Shown piece by piece: positions 11,451-23,477 of a stretch of DNA of 63,998 nt (its first letter is position 1; each line of letters begins with the position of its first letter). Under the pieces are notes generated by a model that worked only from the letters and a program-made list of their open reading frames with translations, was not told the DNA's origin and did not search any database. Position numbers and translations under genes: made by a program. Origin of the DNA: Chara braunii (lineage: Eukaryota > Plantae > Charophyceae); the NCBI GenBank assembly GCA_003427395.1, contig BFEA01000005.1, positions 726,334 through 790,331 of the forward strand, read 5' to 3'.

Positions 11451-12798
11451 GGCATAGTGGGATAACGATAGAAGTGGTCATATTCTCGGAAACCGGAATT
11501 ATTCTTTTCTGAAAATTGAATTTCCATTCTATCCCGCAAATTTTTTTTTGAAAATCGAAATCTTGCGAAGCCTACCAACAGTTCGTTAGGCATATTCGGA
11601 GGTTGCCATATTCTCCTTGTTTTTTTTTTTTGTTTTTTTTTTTTGTTTTTTTTTNCAATCACAAGAAGAACCTGCGAGGATAACAATCGGAATCACACTG
11701 ATGATGAGCCAATTAAACCAAATATCGTCACAGAGTTTGTTCCAGTATCTCGCCACACTCAGAACCCCACACTCCACTCTCTACCCTACACCCAGTTAGA
11801 AGCGCACAACCAAAACAGCCTCCCAAAGGCCAGCGCCAACCACCCAGATGAAGAACAGATCCTGCGATGGAGTCTTCAGTGCCGATGGACAACTCTGACA
11901 AAGAAACAGGCAGCTATGGCTGCCGCCACCCACAAACACTCAGTGAAGAGCCTCAGCACAGCCTGGCCAAACGCAGATACCCCCAGGGTAGATGCGCTGA
12001 GGGTGCCCCAACTCCGGCAACCTTCAGAAGGGCCAGCTATGGCCCCCGTCCTAGGCAAGGGTCTCAGGATGCCGCCTGCAGACAATTGTCACCGCCAACT
12101 TGCTCGGCTTCTCCAAACGCTGCGTCCCAAAAATGAACAGCAAAAAGTTCTAAACAGTCCTTTTTTTGTTTTTGTTTTTTGTTTTGTTTTTTGTTTTGAA
12201 CAGCCGAGGTGGTACTAGGGGTGCTGGTAAGAGCAGACACCGCTAGTACCCCCAGGGAGGCTCCATCTATTGGTGGGGAGCGGCACCTGCTGGAAATCGG
12301 GTCCAGCGTCCCTGAACATCTTGATGATCATCAGAACATACAGATTGTTGTAGGCTGGCAGCATTGATTACCCTCCGGCGAGGGGATTGACTGCCCATCT
12401 GAGATCTACCTTTGTCTGTGTGCACCTGCCAGCATTGATTGCCCGGAAGCCCGGGGATTGACTGTGCAGGTGCACTTCCTGTGTTGCGGACCGGGTCTGA
12501 GGATAACTTCCATCTGAAAAAGGGGGGAGCAGAAGACTGCCTCTTCAGTCTGCACCAGACCGCCAGATCTTGCGTGTTTCCTTTAGCAGTCACTTTATGT
12601 TCCTCGTGATGCCCGTCCTCTAGATACCCGTCCTCTCCATATCCACCCTGTGTCGCCCGCTCATTCTGCTCCATACCATTGCATGTCCACCATCGCCAGC
12701 CGGTGGGGTGGGAAAGGGTCCGGGAATTCGGTGGCCGGTCGCAGTGGGATCTCCTGCCCCACAGTAGTCCAGTCCCTGAAGCAGATGCAGTAGTCCCT

Positions 12799-15700
12799 TC
12801 AGAATTCCACCTGGTTGTCCTCTGAGGAGGGCTTACCCTCCCACTTGAGAGATGCGATCCAGCCCCCATTCTCGCTGCCCAGCCAATCCCCAGAAAATTG
12901 ACGAATTGCTTGTGCGATGTCCTTTACAGAAAGGTATAGGTCAAGTTGGGTTTTCGTTCTTTGCCAGTGTATCGTGATTTCTTGTTGGATATATTGCCTT
13001 ATCATATCTGTTGACTCTTCCCCAGTTATGAGGACTCCATCCATAACATGTATGCAACGTCTTCTCCAGAGGGTCCACACAACCGCTCTTCTCCCCAACT
13101 TGAACATATTGTTTTCGAGGGTGTTATCAGTCGGGGAGGACCATACCTCGCATAAAATTGCCCGCCAATCCCATGGCCATTGAGAACCAGTGCCCAACCG
13201 AGACCAAATCCTATCCCACCATCGCCATGTGAGCACCGCCCCTGGGCACTGCATGAATATGTGCTCTATGGTTTCCGGGATTCTGCGGGAGGGAAAGGTT
13301 GTGTGACATGACCTGCACCATGGTAATGCCTGCCCCTTTTGCTCCAGGTATGTACGGTCGATCAACCAGTCGTTGGTGGGCAGGCAGCGGTGTTCTATCT
13401 GCCATTGGAGAGAGGCCATCTTCGCAGGTCTGGATCTTGTGGCCAAGAACCATCGAATCGGGCGAATTACCTTGTTCCCTATGTTTAGATGTGACTTCCA
13501 ACGGGCCTTCACTATGTCCTTTATGTTCACTTTAGGTCGAAGCAGCCGGTATGTGGCCTTCACTGATAGAGTGTGCAGCTTCAGGTTCGTCCCGGTTCCG
13601 GGTTTTCGCCTAGGGACCCACTGCCACTCGTCCGGATCCAAGGGTAGCTCCATCAGGGGAACACTCGGCTGGTATGCGAAACAAACGTCCTTCTCCCGCA
13701 GCACACGTATCCTGTGCAGGTCCGCTGTTTTCCACCATCGAACTACCTCAGGACGGTACCGGGTGAGTATATTATCCTTGCCAACATGGAAGAGGTTTAT
13801 CAGCGTTTCGTCGGATCGTACCTCCACCACATTGCCCACACTCTCCGGGTCCCCTGGGATAGCTACCCAATCCCCTTCCTTCAGCCGTGGTCCTCTGCGT
13901 AGAATGCGCACCCAGTCCAGGGGAACTGCATTAGTTAGTAATTCGACATTCTCTTCAATTTTGTGATTGTATTTTAGTGCAGCTCTCAATTGTGGCCCCG
14001 ATTTCCAGTCCCCCGCTTCCTTGTCCCATATGTCTTTTATCCGAATAATTCCTTTTTTAACCCAACCGTTCCACGGGGAGTCTGAGCTTCGATACACCCT
14101 GCTGTGGCGGTCTGTGATCTTCCTGTTCCCAAAAGGGGGCTGGGGCATTACCTCCTCCCACCTGGTTGGTGAGGGTTGATCAGGCAGAGGAAGTTGGCGC
14201 CAGGTTTTAATGACTCGAGTCCAGAAGTCGTCTCTGACCAGGTCCAAGCGGGCCGCATCTCGGGGTGATTCTTGCTCCTTACGGGGGCGCCTTGGCACAG
14301 TCCAAAAGCGGTCTTCTAGCCAGGTCAGAGGGCTAAGTCCTTGCGGTGCCTGAGGGGCGAGTCTAGCTATCTGTTCCAGCGCTAGGGCCTGCCATGGGAG
14401 GTGCTCAGTGAACAGCAATCTCCTGACCCATTGGACAGTTAATGTCGCGATCTGAATATCCGGGTCCAGTATTCTCAGGCCCCCTATGTCCTTGGGTTGG
14501 ATTACCGATGACCAGGCCACCCTGCTAATGACGTTTGAGAGCTCGTCGTCCCCTCTCCATAGCAGGGCTACTAGTTGCCTTTTAAGTGATCGAACAACCT
14601 CCTTGCTGAGGGTCCAAATTGCGGATTTATACCACAAGGCCGCTAGTACTACGTTGTTGATTGCGAGTGCTCTGCCAATAAGGGAAGTATGTCGGTCTTT
14701 CCAGTTGGCCAGTTTTTCTAGAGTCGGCTTTAGGATCCATTCGTCATTGGATGTTGGTTTGCCCAACGCTGTCAACCTAATTCCAAGCACTCTGACCGGG
14801 GCCGTGTCAGGGAGCCATTTGACCTGTGGCAGCTCCGGTGGACGCACTCCTTGATGGTGGATCCACCATCCCAGGGTCTTGTTTCCCCAGTTGACAGTCA
14901 TGTTTGAGACGGCTGTAAATTGATCAAATAATCTCCTAATTTCCTCCATGTTTGCTGCAGTGCTATCTATCATAAGAGTCAAATCATCCGCAAACATCGA
15001 GCAGACAGGTGTCGCCTCTTCGGGGATAGCAGAGATCTGCAATCTCCTCAGATCTTTGTTGGCCCGCAGGTTTGCTGCCAGCGCCTCCATCACGATGATG
15101 AAGAGGAAAGGTGTCAGAGGATCCCCTTGGCGAACCGAGCGTTGCAGCGGAAAGGCCGGTGCTATCCTAGCGTTGACTTGGACACACGTAGTGGCGTTAT
15201 GGTGCAGTATTTCGGTCCAGCGCCGGAATACTGGTCCGATATTCATTTTCTCCATACATTTGTCTAAAAACAGTCAATCTACATGGTCATACGCTTTTTC
15301 AAAATCAATGAAGACTACCGCCGCATTCTGTTTATCTTGCCTTGTTAGTTTCAGAAGTTCATTAACCAAGAGGATGTTGTCGTGAATCCTCCGTCCTTTA
15401 ATAAAACCGGTCTGCGTTGGATGGACGATGTCTTCCAGGACCGGGATGAGACGGTTCGCCAATGCTTTTGCTAGCATTTTGTAAACCACTGTGAGCAACG
15501 TTATTGGTCGATAGTTTCCGATGTCCATTTTATCCCCTTTTTTATATAACAAGGTAAGGATCCCTTGCCCCACCAACTCCCCCATCTGTCCCGTGTCCCA
15601 CACCCGGTGATAGAACTCCATGAGGTCCGGGGTCATCTGGGTCCAGAAGGTCTCCCAGAACTCTTTGGGGAATCCATCTATGCCCGGGGTCTTCTCTTCG

Positions 15701-17200
15701 TCCATCTGCATCATTGCCGTTCAGATTTCGTCCTTGGACAGGGGGCGATCCAGATCTGTTTATTGTTGGCCCGTCAGAGTCTTTTTCAATGGTTTCAAAA
15801 AATCTTCAATTTCTTTTTCCCTGACGTTCCTCTCCCGTTGATCACATCTTGAGGTGAGCAGATCCTCGAAGAAGGACCTGGCTATCTGCAAACAGTGGGG
15901 GGTGGAAGTGGCAATATGTCCGGTTCGCGTATCGTATAGTGCTTCTATGGTTGTTCTGTGGGAACGTGCTCTGGCCATACCGAAAAATTTCTTGTCCATC
16001 GTCCCTTCCGTTTGTGTTTTTGTCAGTCTTCCTCTTATCCGTGCTCCTTCCCAACGCTGTGTGGCATAGGTCTGGAGTTGTTGTTGTAGCCTTTGAATCT
16101 CTAAGTCTTCTTCTGGCTGTCTGTGCGGTGTGTGTTGCGCATCCTGTGGACTGTTTGGTGGATCTCGGTGCTCCAGTTGCTGAAGTTTTTGGTGGATTTC
16201 CATTTCCTGTTGATGGTTTCTTGCGGCTTAAAGTTTGGAATATTCTTGACATTTCTTCCCCAGATAGAACAGTCCGTTGTTAAACCAGTCTATGTCTTGC
16301 TGAAAGAGTCGTCGTTGTGTATGCCAGAATGTCCAGCAGTCCTTAATGTAGTTTTGGAAGGTATTATGTTTTAGAATGGAGGTATTGAGTTTGTAAAATC
16401 CAGGTCCGTGATCGGGTTTCCGTCGGAACGATAAGATGACAGTGCACATTTTGTGGTCTAGGCCCGGGTACGGGCTGGTAGGTAAGATTGTTGCCAGGAG
16501 CAGCGATCCTGCCATGTCTTTTGAGATTAGAATTAAGTCTATCCGGGATCTCGTCTGGTTCTAAGTGTCGGTCTTGCGTAGGCACGAATAGAACCTAGTG
16601 TCCGGGTTTAGTCTTCAGAAGGAATCAAACACTTTTAATGACAGACATAACTCGTGGATTATCCGCTCGTCCTCTTCCACATACGCCGGGGTTGGGGACG
16701 GCGTTCGCCATCTATCCATCCAGCGATCCGGGGCTGCGTTGCAGTCCCCTGCTATAATGACCGGAACCCCATCCGAAATTTGTGTTTTGAGGTTCTCAAA
16801 AAAGGCTCTCCTTTCACTAACGGCATTGGGGGCATAAATGCAAAGTATGCATACGATTTCAATTTCCAGTGTGACCAGGATGGACACCCATCGACCTTCT
16901 TCCTGATCTACCACCCAATGCACCGGGTCCGCCTTGGACTCGGGAGGAACCCAGATGGCCACCCCGGCGCTGCCGGTTTTGGGGCGTGGGCTCTGACCGC
17001 CTTATACGGCCAGATCATTTGGTGGGCACGATTGTGTTCTGGAGTGTCCATCAGATGTGTTTCTTGAACACATACAATATCTGGCCAGTTCCTGCCTCCC
17101 ACCCCCCTCATCAGGTCCCAGATTGCGTTTTGTTTTCGGGCTTGCATGAGGCCAAGCCGTTCACGTTTAAGGACCTCAGATCTAGATCTGCTTCTCTCCT
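12799..17200 (-). pseudogene. LINE ORF2: APE endonuclease, reverse transcriptase and C-terminal zinc finger (several frameshifts/stops)
   Basis: Endonuclease motifs SLNVNGL, DIVCVQETHL, IYAPN, AGDCN. RT motifs KTPGIDG, NYRPITLL, QTGFIKGR, IDFEKAYD, VRQGDPL, MFADD. C-terminal CRSC..ETIEHIFMQC. Confidence 0.95.
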
Positions 17201-17331
17201 ACATTGGTTCTAGATGCGGTCCTTTCCGTATACAGCTCTGACCAGGTCCATCTTGCTGGAATTATTCATACGCACTTTGTGTTATGCGTCATGCAATTTG
17301 TCCCTCAATGACGGACCCACAGTAGCAGATC

Positions 17332-19994
17332 TCAGTCCCAGTCTGCTGCTCCCGCCAAGGGGCCGGATCTGATGAGGGCACATAAACATTTCCGAACATC
17401 CTGTTCCGTCCAGGTGTCGCTCTGCCCAACTCTAGTTGTCTGCAGGTTCAAAAGTTGGGCACGGGTGTGCCATTTCAGGCCTGCCTCCTTGGCGGGGTCA
17501 TAGCGTATAAAGACGTTACACAGTGCTATTTTATTGGGGCCTGTTGTGATCGAGGCTATTGCCTGTGCCCCTGGTGATATGCTATCCGAAATATGTTCTT
17601 CTAGCTGTAGCTGCAACATACCAGCCGCGGCGTCAGATGTCCAGTAGTGTGACCCCCTGCCTACCATTCCCCACCGGAGATAGTCCCACCTGCCATTTCT
17701 CGTTTTTCTTTCGAACCGGGATAAGCAATATAGCCTCCCGTGAAAAGGGGTCGGAATCACCGCCCAACTCGATCATATGTCTGAGTTTTCTTTTTCGTAC
17801 CAGTTCTAGAGGCGCCTCCTCATCTAGGTCCGGAGGGTCCGGGCCCGGCGGTGGGACGAGCTGTTGCAGAAATGGGGGGTCCAAAGATGTCTGGGTTAAT
17901 TCAGCGCCCTCCATGTCTGTCGAGCCCGTTCTGTTCCCCTGTGTGTCATTCGTGGGTGGTGTATGTGGTGGTTGAAAGCGAGCAAACACTAATGTGGTCA
18001 GCCTATGCCATGCATCTGTCCACTTCACCCCCGGTTGTAGACCATTTTCTAGTACCTTTTTGAGGGAGGCACTCGTGTCTAACATGGGGAACAATTCTAA
18101 ATACGTCCTGTTCCAGAAGACCGGAAGATGTGGCGGCGGTGCCCCCTCCTCCTCCTTTCCCAGGTCGTCTTCTGGGACCAGGGCTTCCGGTGAAGTGCTG
18201 ATATTAGGTGGGAGCGGGTCCACCTCCATTAATTCTGAATCGAAGGCTGCCTGGAAGAGGTCACTACTGATTTCTCCTACTGTCTTCCTTGATTGCTCAC
18301 CCTCCTCAGCCCCCTCCACCTCCATACTGCCTACCCCCTTTGATTCCTCTCATTGACCCTCCGCCTCCGCCTGTCCCAACCTCGCCTCCATCTGTATGTT
18401 GTTCCCTTCCCCACTCTGTTGTATCTGTTGGGCGGGGGGGTTTGTAAGAGGTTTTTCAGTACGGTCTGTGGACTCTGTACCTTCTTCCTGAATATACCGC
18501 TTTGCAGCGGGGCCCGGAGCTGAGCTGAGAGTATCATTCTCTTTCTGCCCCGGGCCAGATTTCTCCTGCTGTTTTTGGACCCATTTCTCTTTTCTTGCTC
18601 TCCTGCCCACCGTTTTCCATTCTGAGGATTCCGGTTCACTTTGCCAAAGACGCGACTGTGTCTCCTGTGGTCGTTTCTCCACTGGGGCAGGAGGGGTCCA
18701 TGTGTTTGGGGGGCGCGTCCCCCAGTTCGGTTCTCCAGTTTTTCCCCATTTCCATCCTATCGTGGTGTCGTCTTTCTGACTGTCCTCAATGTAGACCCAT
18801 CCTTCATGCCTTGGGTCTACTGTCCTCCAATGGGTCACTTTGACCGCATCTCTCAATAGTCTTCCGGTCTCCCTGGTCCTTTTTTGCAGGTGCAGCGGAC
18901 AAATATACTCAGTGCTCAAGTGTCCGTATGCCCTGCATTTGTGGCACCATGGTCTGAGTTTATGCGCCGTGTGAATCATGTATTCCTTCCCCCCCACCTG
19001 ATACGGGATCACGTCATCAAGGGAGAATGGATGACCCGGGGGAAGTCCAGCGCCAGCATTAAGTAGTCATCCCTTTTAGCCACATAGGAGGGGAGAGGGT
19101 CTATGAATGCTACGATATCGTACTGCAGTCCGAAATCGTATACAAAAGCGGCCTGAATTTCAACTGGGATGTGACGAAATTCTACCCAGTAAAAGTCTTG
19201 CATGAGTTGTGTTCTCCTTTCTTCTGGCCCCAGACTGCGCTGAGGTGTCCATGGGTGAATGCGCACCTCCGACCGTTCACAACGTAGACGCTTCCATCCG
19301 TCCATCGTCATTTTGTCCGATTCGTACAGACTCAGGACCGTGAACAAGGTGTTGGAAACTGGTTGGATAAGGAAGTGATCCCGGGCCATGTCAACACTGT
19401 TTTTCAATGATTCCAGCCGGTGGACAATCCATTTCACTTTCTCATTAACCGATTTGTAAGCGTCGTCGTCGTGAAACACCCAGTTACTAGCGTGTTTCAT
19501 GTAGACCTCGTCACGGCAGGCTAGGCCGCTTTTGGGATATGCCTTAACCATTGCCTGCTTACCCCCGTGTGTTACCACCCGAGTTTCTGATGGGAGAAGA
19601 AACTTCTTCATGAAAAAGGCCCGTGCTTGTGACACCCCGTCCAGGGGGATCTCGAGGTTCCCTGTTCGCGGGCTGCCCTGACTCCGCTGGATGGTCAAAG
19701 CCTGGCCATGGAGTGGGTTTTTCAGCCTATCTGCCCAAGTGAGTTGCCGCTGATCCAGGCTCTTATACACATCTAGATGTGTATAAGAGACAGGGCTGAG
19801 GAGGAGCTCTTCTCTCTATGCAGTGTCTTTCCCTGCAGTTCCGCTTCTTTCTCCTCCTCCGTCAGGACCCCTGTGTCTTCCATTTGCTTTCCTTCCTTGT
19901 TCCAAGCCAACTCCCCCTGCGGGGGGGGGGGGCGGGACAAAGTTCTTTGAGGCGTTGTGCTGGTGCGCCCAACGTTTATGTCGCAGATGTTCAT
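17332..19994 (-). pseudogene. LINE ORF1 (plant L1-type RRM/DUF4283-like region, zinc knuckle, long C-terminal extension), frameshifted
   Basis: IHPWTP and WVEFRHIP motifs typical of plant L1 ORF1, then CHKCRAYGHLSTEYIC. Pieces at 19773-19994, 19009-19770, 18350-19012, 17633-18325 and 17332-17760. Confidence 0.8.
19760..19793. other. Nextera mate-pair junction adapter (Tn5 mosaic ends), assembly artefact
   Basis: CTCTTATACACATCTAGATGTGTATAAGAGACAG is 34 of the 38 nt of CTGTCTCTTATACACATCT+AGATGTGTATAAGAGACAG. Confidence 0.97.
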
Positions 19995-22082
19995 CCGCCA
20001 GTTGTCTCATCGCCCCACTATAAAATAACATGGAGTCCAATCTCTTATGTGCACGCTGCAATCTATTGGGCTTCATGCTGTTCAACCGAGGGACGGGATG
20101 AGTGAACTGACAATCTGGGTGAACTGGCAATCTGTCTGCTTGTGCACGAGCCCCAGTGTGCCCCAAGCTGATAGTCTGTTGTGACTCTTGTGACTGTTTT
20201 TTAATTGTTGGAACAGTTCGATTACCCCCGTGTGCCCCAAGCTGATGATCTGTTGTGGCTATTGTGACTGTTTTTTTTGTTGGATCAGTTCTAATCGATT
20301 TCAAATGGTTTGTCGTTTTTTCGTTTTTCGTTTTTTAATGCTCTTTTGAGGTTCAGAAGTTATTTCGCTTTTTGGGGGGGATTGGCCGGGATATACCGGG
20401 GGCTGCACCTTCGTCTGTCGTCGTACCGGCGACTCACGCTTCCCCTCCTGCCCTATGGACGCTCTGGTCCTCTTCGCTTGCGTTGCCATCTGGTTCTCTT
20501 TTCCTCCCCTTGGTGCTGACTCCCTTCTGCCCCTGATGTATCCAACCCTTCTTTCTTTCCTGCCCCCCCCCCCCCAACCCTTTTCCTTTTTGCTTTCTTC
20601 CGTTTTTGCTCTCCCCTTCCTCTCTCTTCCCTCGATCTCCCCGTTGTCCGGATTTCCTTCCTCCTTCTTATTCTCCCCCCTTCCTCCTCTCCCCCTTCCC
20701 CCTTTCGGTTCCGTGCTTTTCCTCCCCGACCTTGAAAGCGAAGCTCACCGTCTCTCCTCCTTCAGTCGAGGCCCCATCCCCGTGGTTCCTTTCTTTTCTT
20801 TCTTCAAACCAGATTCTTTCCCCCTCCCTCCTTTCCTCTTTCCCCTCTCGATTCCTTCCTTTTCCTCCACGTCCTCTTCTCGCCTTGAGTAATTTGTCAC
20901 GCCATTCCCTCCACCCCCTGCCTCAGAAACGAAACTCAACGTCTCTCGCCCCGATCTTCCTTTCTCGAATGTTACGGCTTCCTTCTTGTTTTTGTTCCTC
21001 GATTCCCCAACCTGTTACTCCCTGCACTCCTCTGCCTTCCAACACCATCCGTGAACGCGAAGCTCAGCGTCTCTCCTCCTTCAACCGAGGCCCCGTCCCC
21101 ATAACCCCCTCTCCTATTCCTCCCACGCCACTATCTCGATTTTTTCCTTCGAATTTCTTCCTTTTCCTCCACGCCCGTTTCTCGCCTTGAGTAATTTGTC
21201 GTGCCGTTCCCTCCGCCCCCTGCCTAAAAAACGAAGCTTGACGTCTCTCGCCCCGACGTTCCCTTCTCAAATGTTTTCGGCTTCCTTCCTGTTTTCGTTC
21301 CGCACTTTTTCCCCACGCCCCCTTCTCACCTCAAGTAATTCATCATGCCGTCCCTTCCCCAACCTCTGCACTTTTCTTCCTTCCACCTCCTTTCCCTACA
21401 CCCTTCCTTTCCCTTCTGCCCCTTTCCTTTCTCCCATGACGACCGTTTCTATCTCAAGGTTCCGAAACGTTTTACTTACCTCTGGCCGCTGGCGGTGGTG
21501 TCTGTTCTCTTGTCTGATTCTCGTCGTCCGCACTCTATCCCGTCCTTGCCAACCATCCGAACTTGATGTCGTGTCTTCTTTACTGCCCCGTCTTTGTCTC
21601 GTACCAACGCCTAGTCTGTCGTCGCTTCGTCGCCACTTCGTGTCTCTCCATTCGCGCCTGCGTCCTTCCGCGGGCCTTCTATGACCGTGTGTAATCCGCG
21701 CCCCGTTCCGAGCTCTACACACGAACGACCCGCCTTCAGTTGCCATATTCTCAGAAACGGGATTTCGTTCTTTTCTGAAAATCGCATCTTTACTCCATTT
21801 CGCAATTTTTTATTTTTTTTTCAAGATCACATTTTGTAAAAGCTGAAACTTTGCGGAAACTAGCCTAGATCTCGTTCATAGTACTCTTCTGACATGTCTC
21901 ACTCATAACAGATCGACAGATATACAAAAAAAAGAAAAAAAAAAAAAAAAAAAGGAAGTAGTCCTCTTTTATTTTTTATTTTTTATTTGTTGATTAGGGT
22001 CGGAGGAAAGTATTGTCGGGTTGGTTGTCTACCTACGTTTTCCCTCCCACCTACCCCTTTGCAAGCATTTCCGGGTTTGTAT

Positions 22083-22326
22083 AGTGCCACATCAGCAACA
22101 GTGCCACGTCAGCAACAGTGCCACGTCAGCTGTGCCACGTCAGCAGTGCCACGTCAGCAGTGCCACGTCACACAGTGCCACGTGAGCATTGCCAATCAGT
22201 GTCATGTCACACAGTGCCACGTCAGTAGTGCCACGTCAGCAACAATGCCATGTCAGCAGTGCCACGTCACACAGTGCCACGTCAACATTGCCAAGCAGTG
22301 CCACTTCACACAGTGCCACGTCAGCA
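22083..22326. repeat. Array of CAGTGCCACGTCA motifs
   Basis: More than 15 closely spaced exact or near copies. Confidence 0.9.
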
Positions 22327-22349
22327 AGGGCCATATCTCCACAAAATCT

Positions 22350-23200
22350 GAATTAAAAAGAAGAAAATAAGGGAAAATGCAAACGGGAGGTGACCGTTTT
22401 TTTTGTGGACCATGGATCTGCGATGAGATCTCTTGGTAGAGAGGAACTAGCCGTTTTATGTGGGCCAGCTCAAAACGGCTAGCTCCGGAATGAGGTGGCA
22501 GCCCAAAATGGAAAGAAACAAAAGAGGGAAAAAGACAAAACTGTGCATTTGTCTCAAATAGAGATCCAGACGCACCGAAAATTGAAAAAGTGGACTTAGG
22601 GGATCAAATTTGAAGCAAGGGCTACTTGGGGGTGATGCGGAATATTGTTGGTCTTGGATCTCAGCCAAATCCAAGGCTGAAAATGCACCGCTGCATGGGA
22701 AAATACCTCGGCCTACCCAAAATTGGGTAGAAACTGAAAAAATCGATAAAAAGGTCCACTAGGCCTTTTTCTCTCAAGTAAAGCTGCCCCTTGGGCATTA
22801 GGACCCAAGGGGGAAGCATTTTGGAAGTGAAAAGGAGGCCGAAGGAGGCCAAGAGGGAATCCGAGTTTGTACCAACCACTCGAACTACATGTACTTGGCC
22901 AAAATGAGGCCCCGGTACCTCCGAAAATACCTAGTAATGAAATTTTGCCTTGGGCGTACCTCGGTTCACCTCAATGCACATGAGGAGGCCCATGGGCTGG
23001 CCGGACTGCTGGTTTCAGCCTACATAAGCTGGGAATTCAGTCCGCTACATTCACAATTGCATGAGGAGTGTCCGTGCTGCCCAAGTGAGCTCATAGGAAT
23101 ACTCTTTCACTTGGAGAGAGGAGAGGGAAACCCATGCCAGTTTGGGAGCTTAGAGGAGACTATGAGCTAGGGAGAGGAACTCTAGAGGCTAGTGGTAGTG
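22350..23200 (+). mobile_element. LTR fragment, inverted homologue of ~53430-54260
   Basis: Its reverse complement aligns with the long LTR at 53.4-54.3 kb (e.g. AAGCTCCCA, CCTCATGCAA, GCGGACTG blocks). Confidence 0.65.
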
Positions 23201-23477
23201 AGGTTGGCACTGAGTAGGTGATCCAGCATAGCCCCCAGGGTGTGAGGAAGAGAGAGAGGCTAGAGGGAGTCCCATTAGCTCTCCTAGAGGGGAGGACTCC
23301 ATAGCCATAGTGAGAGGAGCTTGCCATAGCTTCGGTAGAGAGGAAGATGAAGGAGAAATAGGCTTGAGGAAGAAGGAAGTCATAGCCAAGGAAGTATTTG
23401 TGCAAGGAGGAAGAAGTCTCATCAAGGTTGAGACTGCATCTTCAAGACATCAACAAGGTGAGTGGAAGGAAAAAGAT

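Larger units (their letters stand above)
11616..21738 (-). mobile_element. Near full-length L1/Tx1-type LINE insertion (~10.1 kb), frameshifted
   Basis: Perfect 14-bp TSD GTTGCCATATTCTC at 11602-11615 and 21739-21752. A-rich tails at 11616-11654 and 12160-12197. ORF1 and ORF2 remnants in the expected order. Confidence 0.9.

Noticed and set aside
12357-12475. SECIS element
   Set aside because: The UGA/GA motifs are antisense to the LINE, the upper stem is only 4-5 bp, and there is no conserved apical AA.
19760-19793. Natural Tn5/IS50 end or biological palindrome
   Set aside because: It is the synthetic mosaic-end junction adapter.
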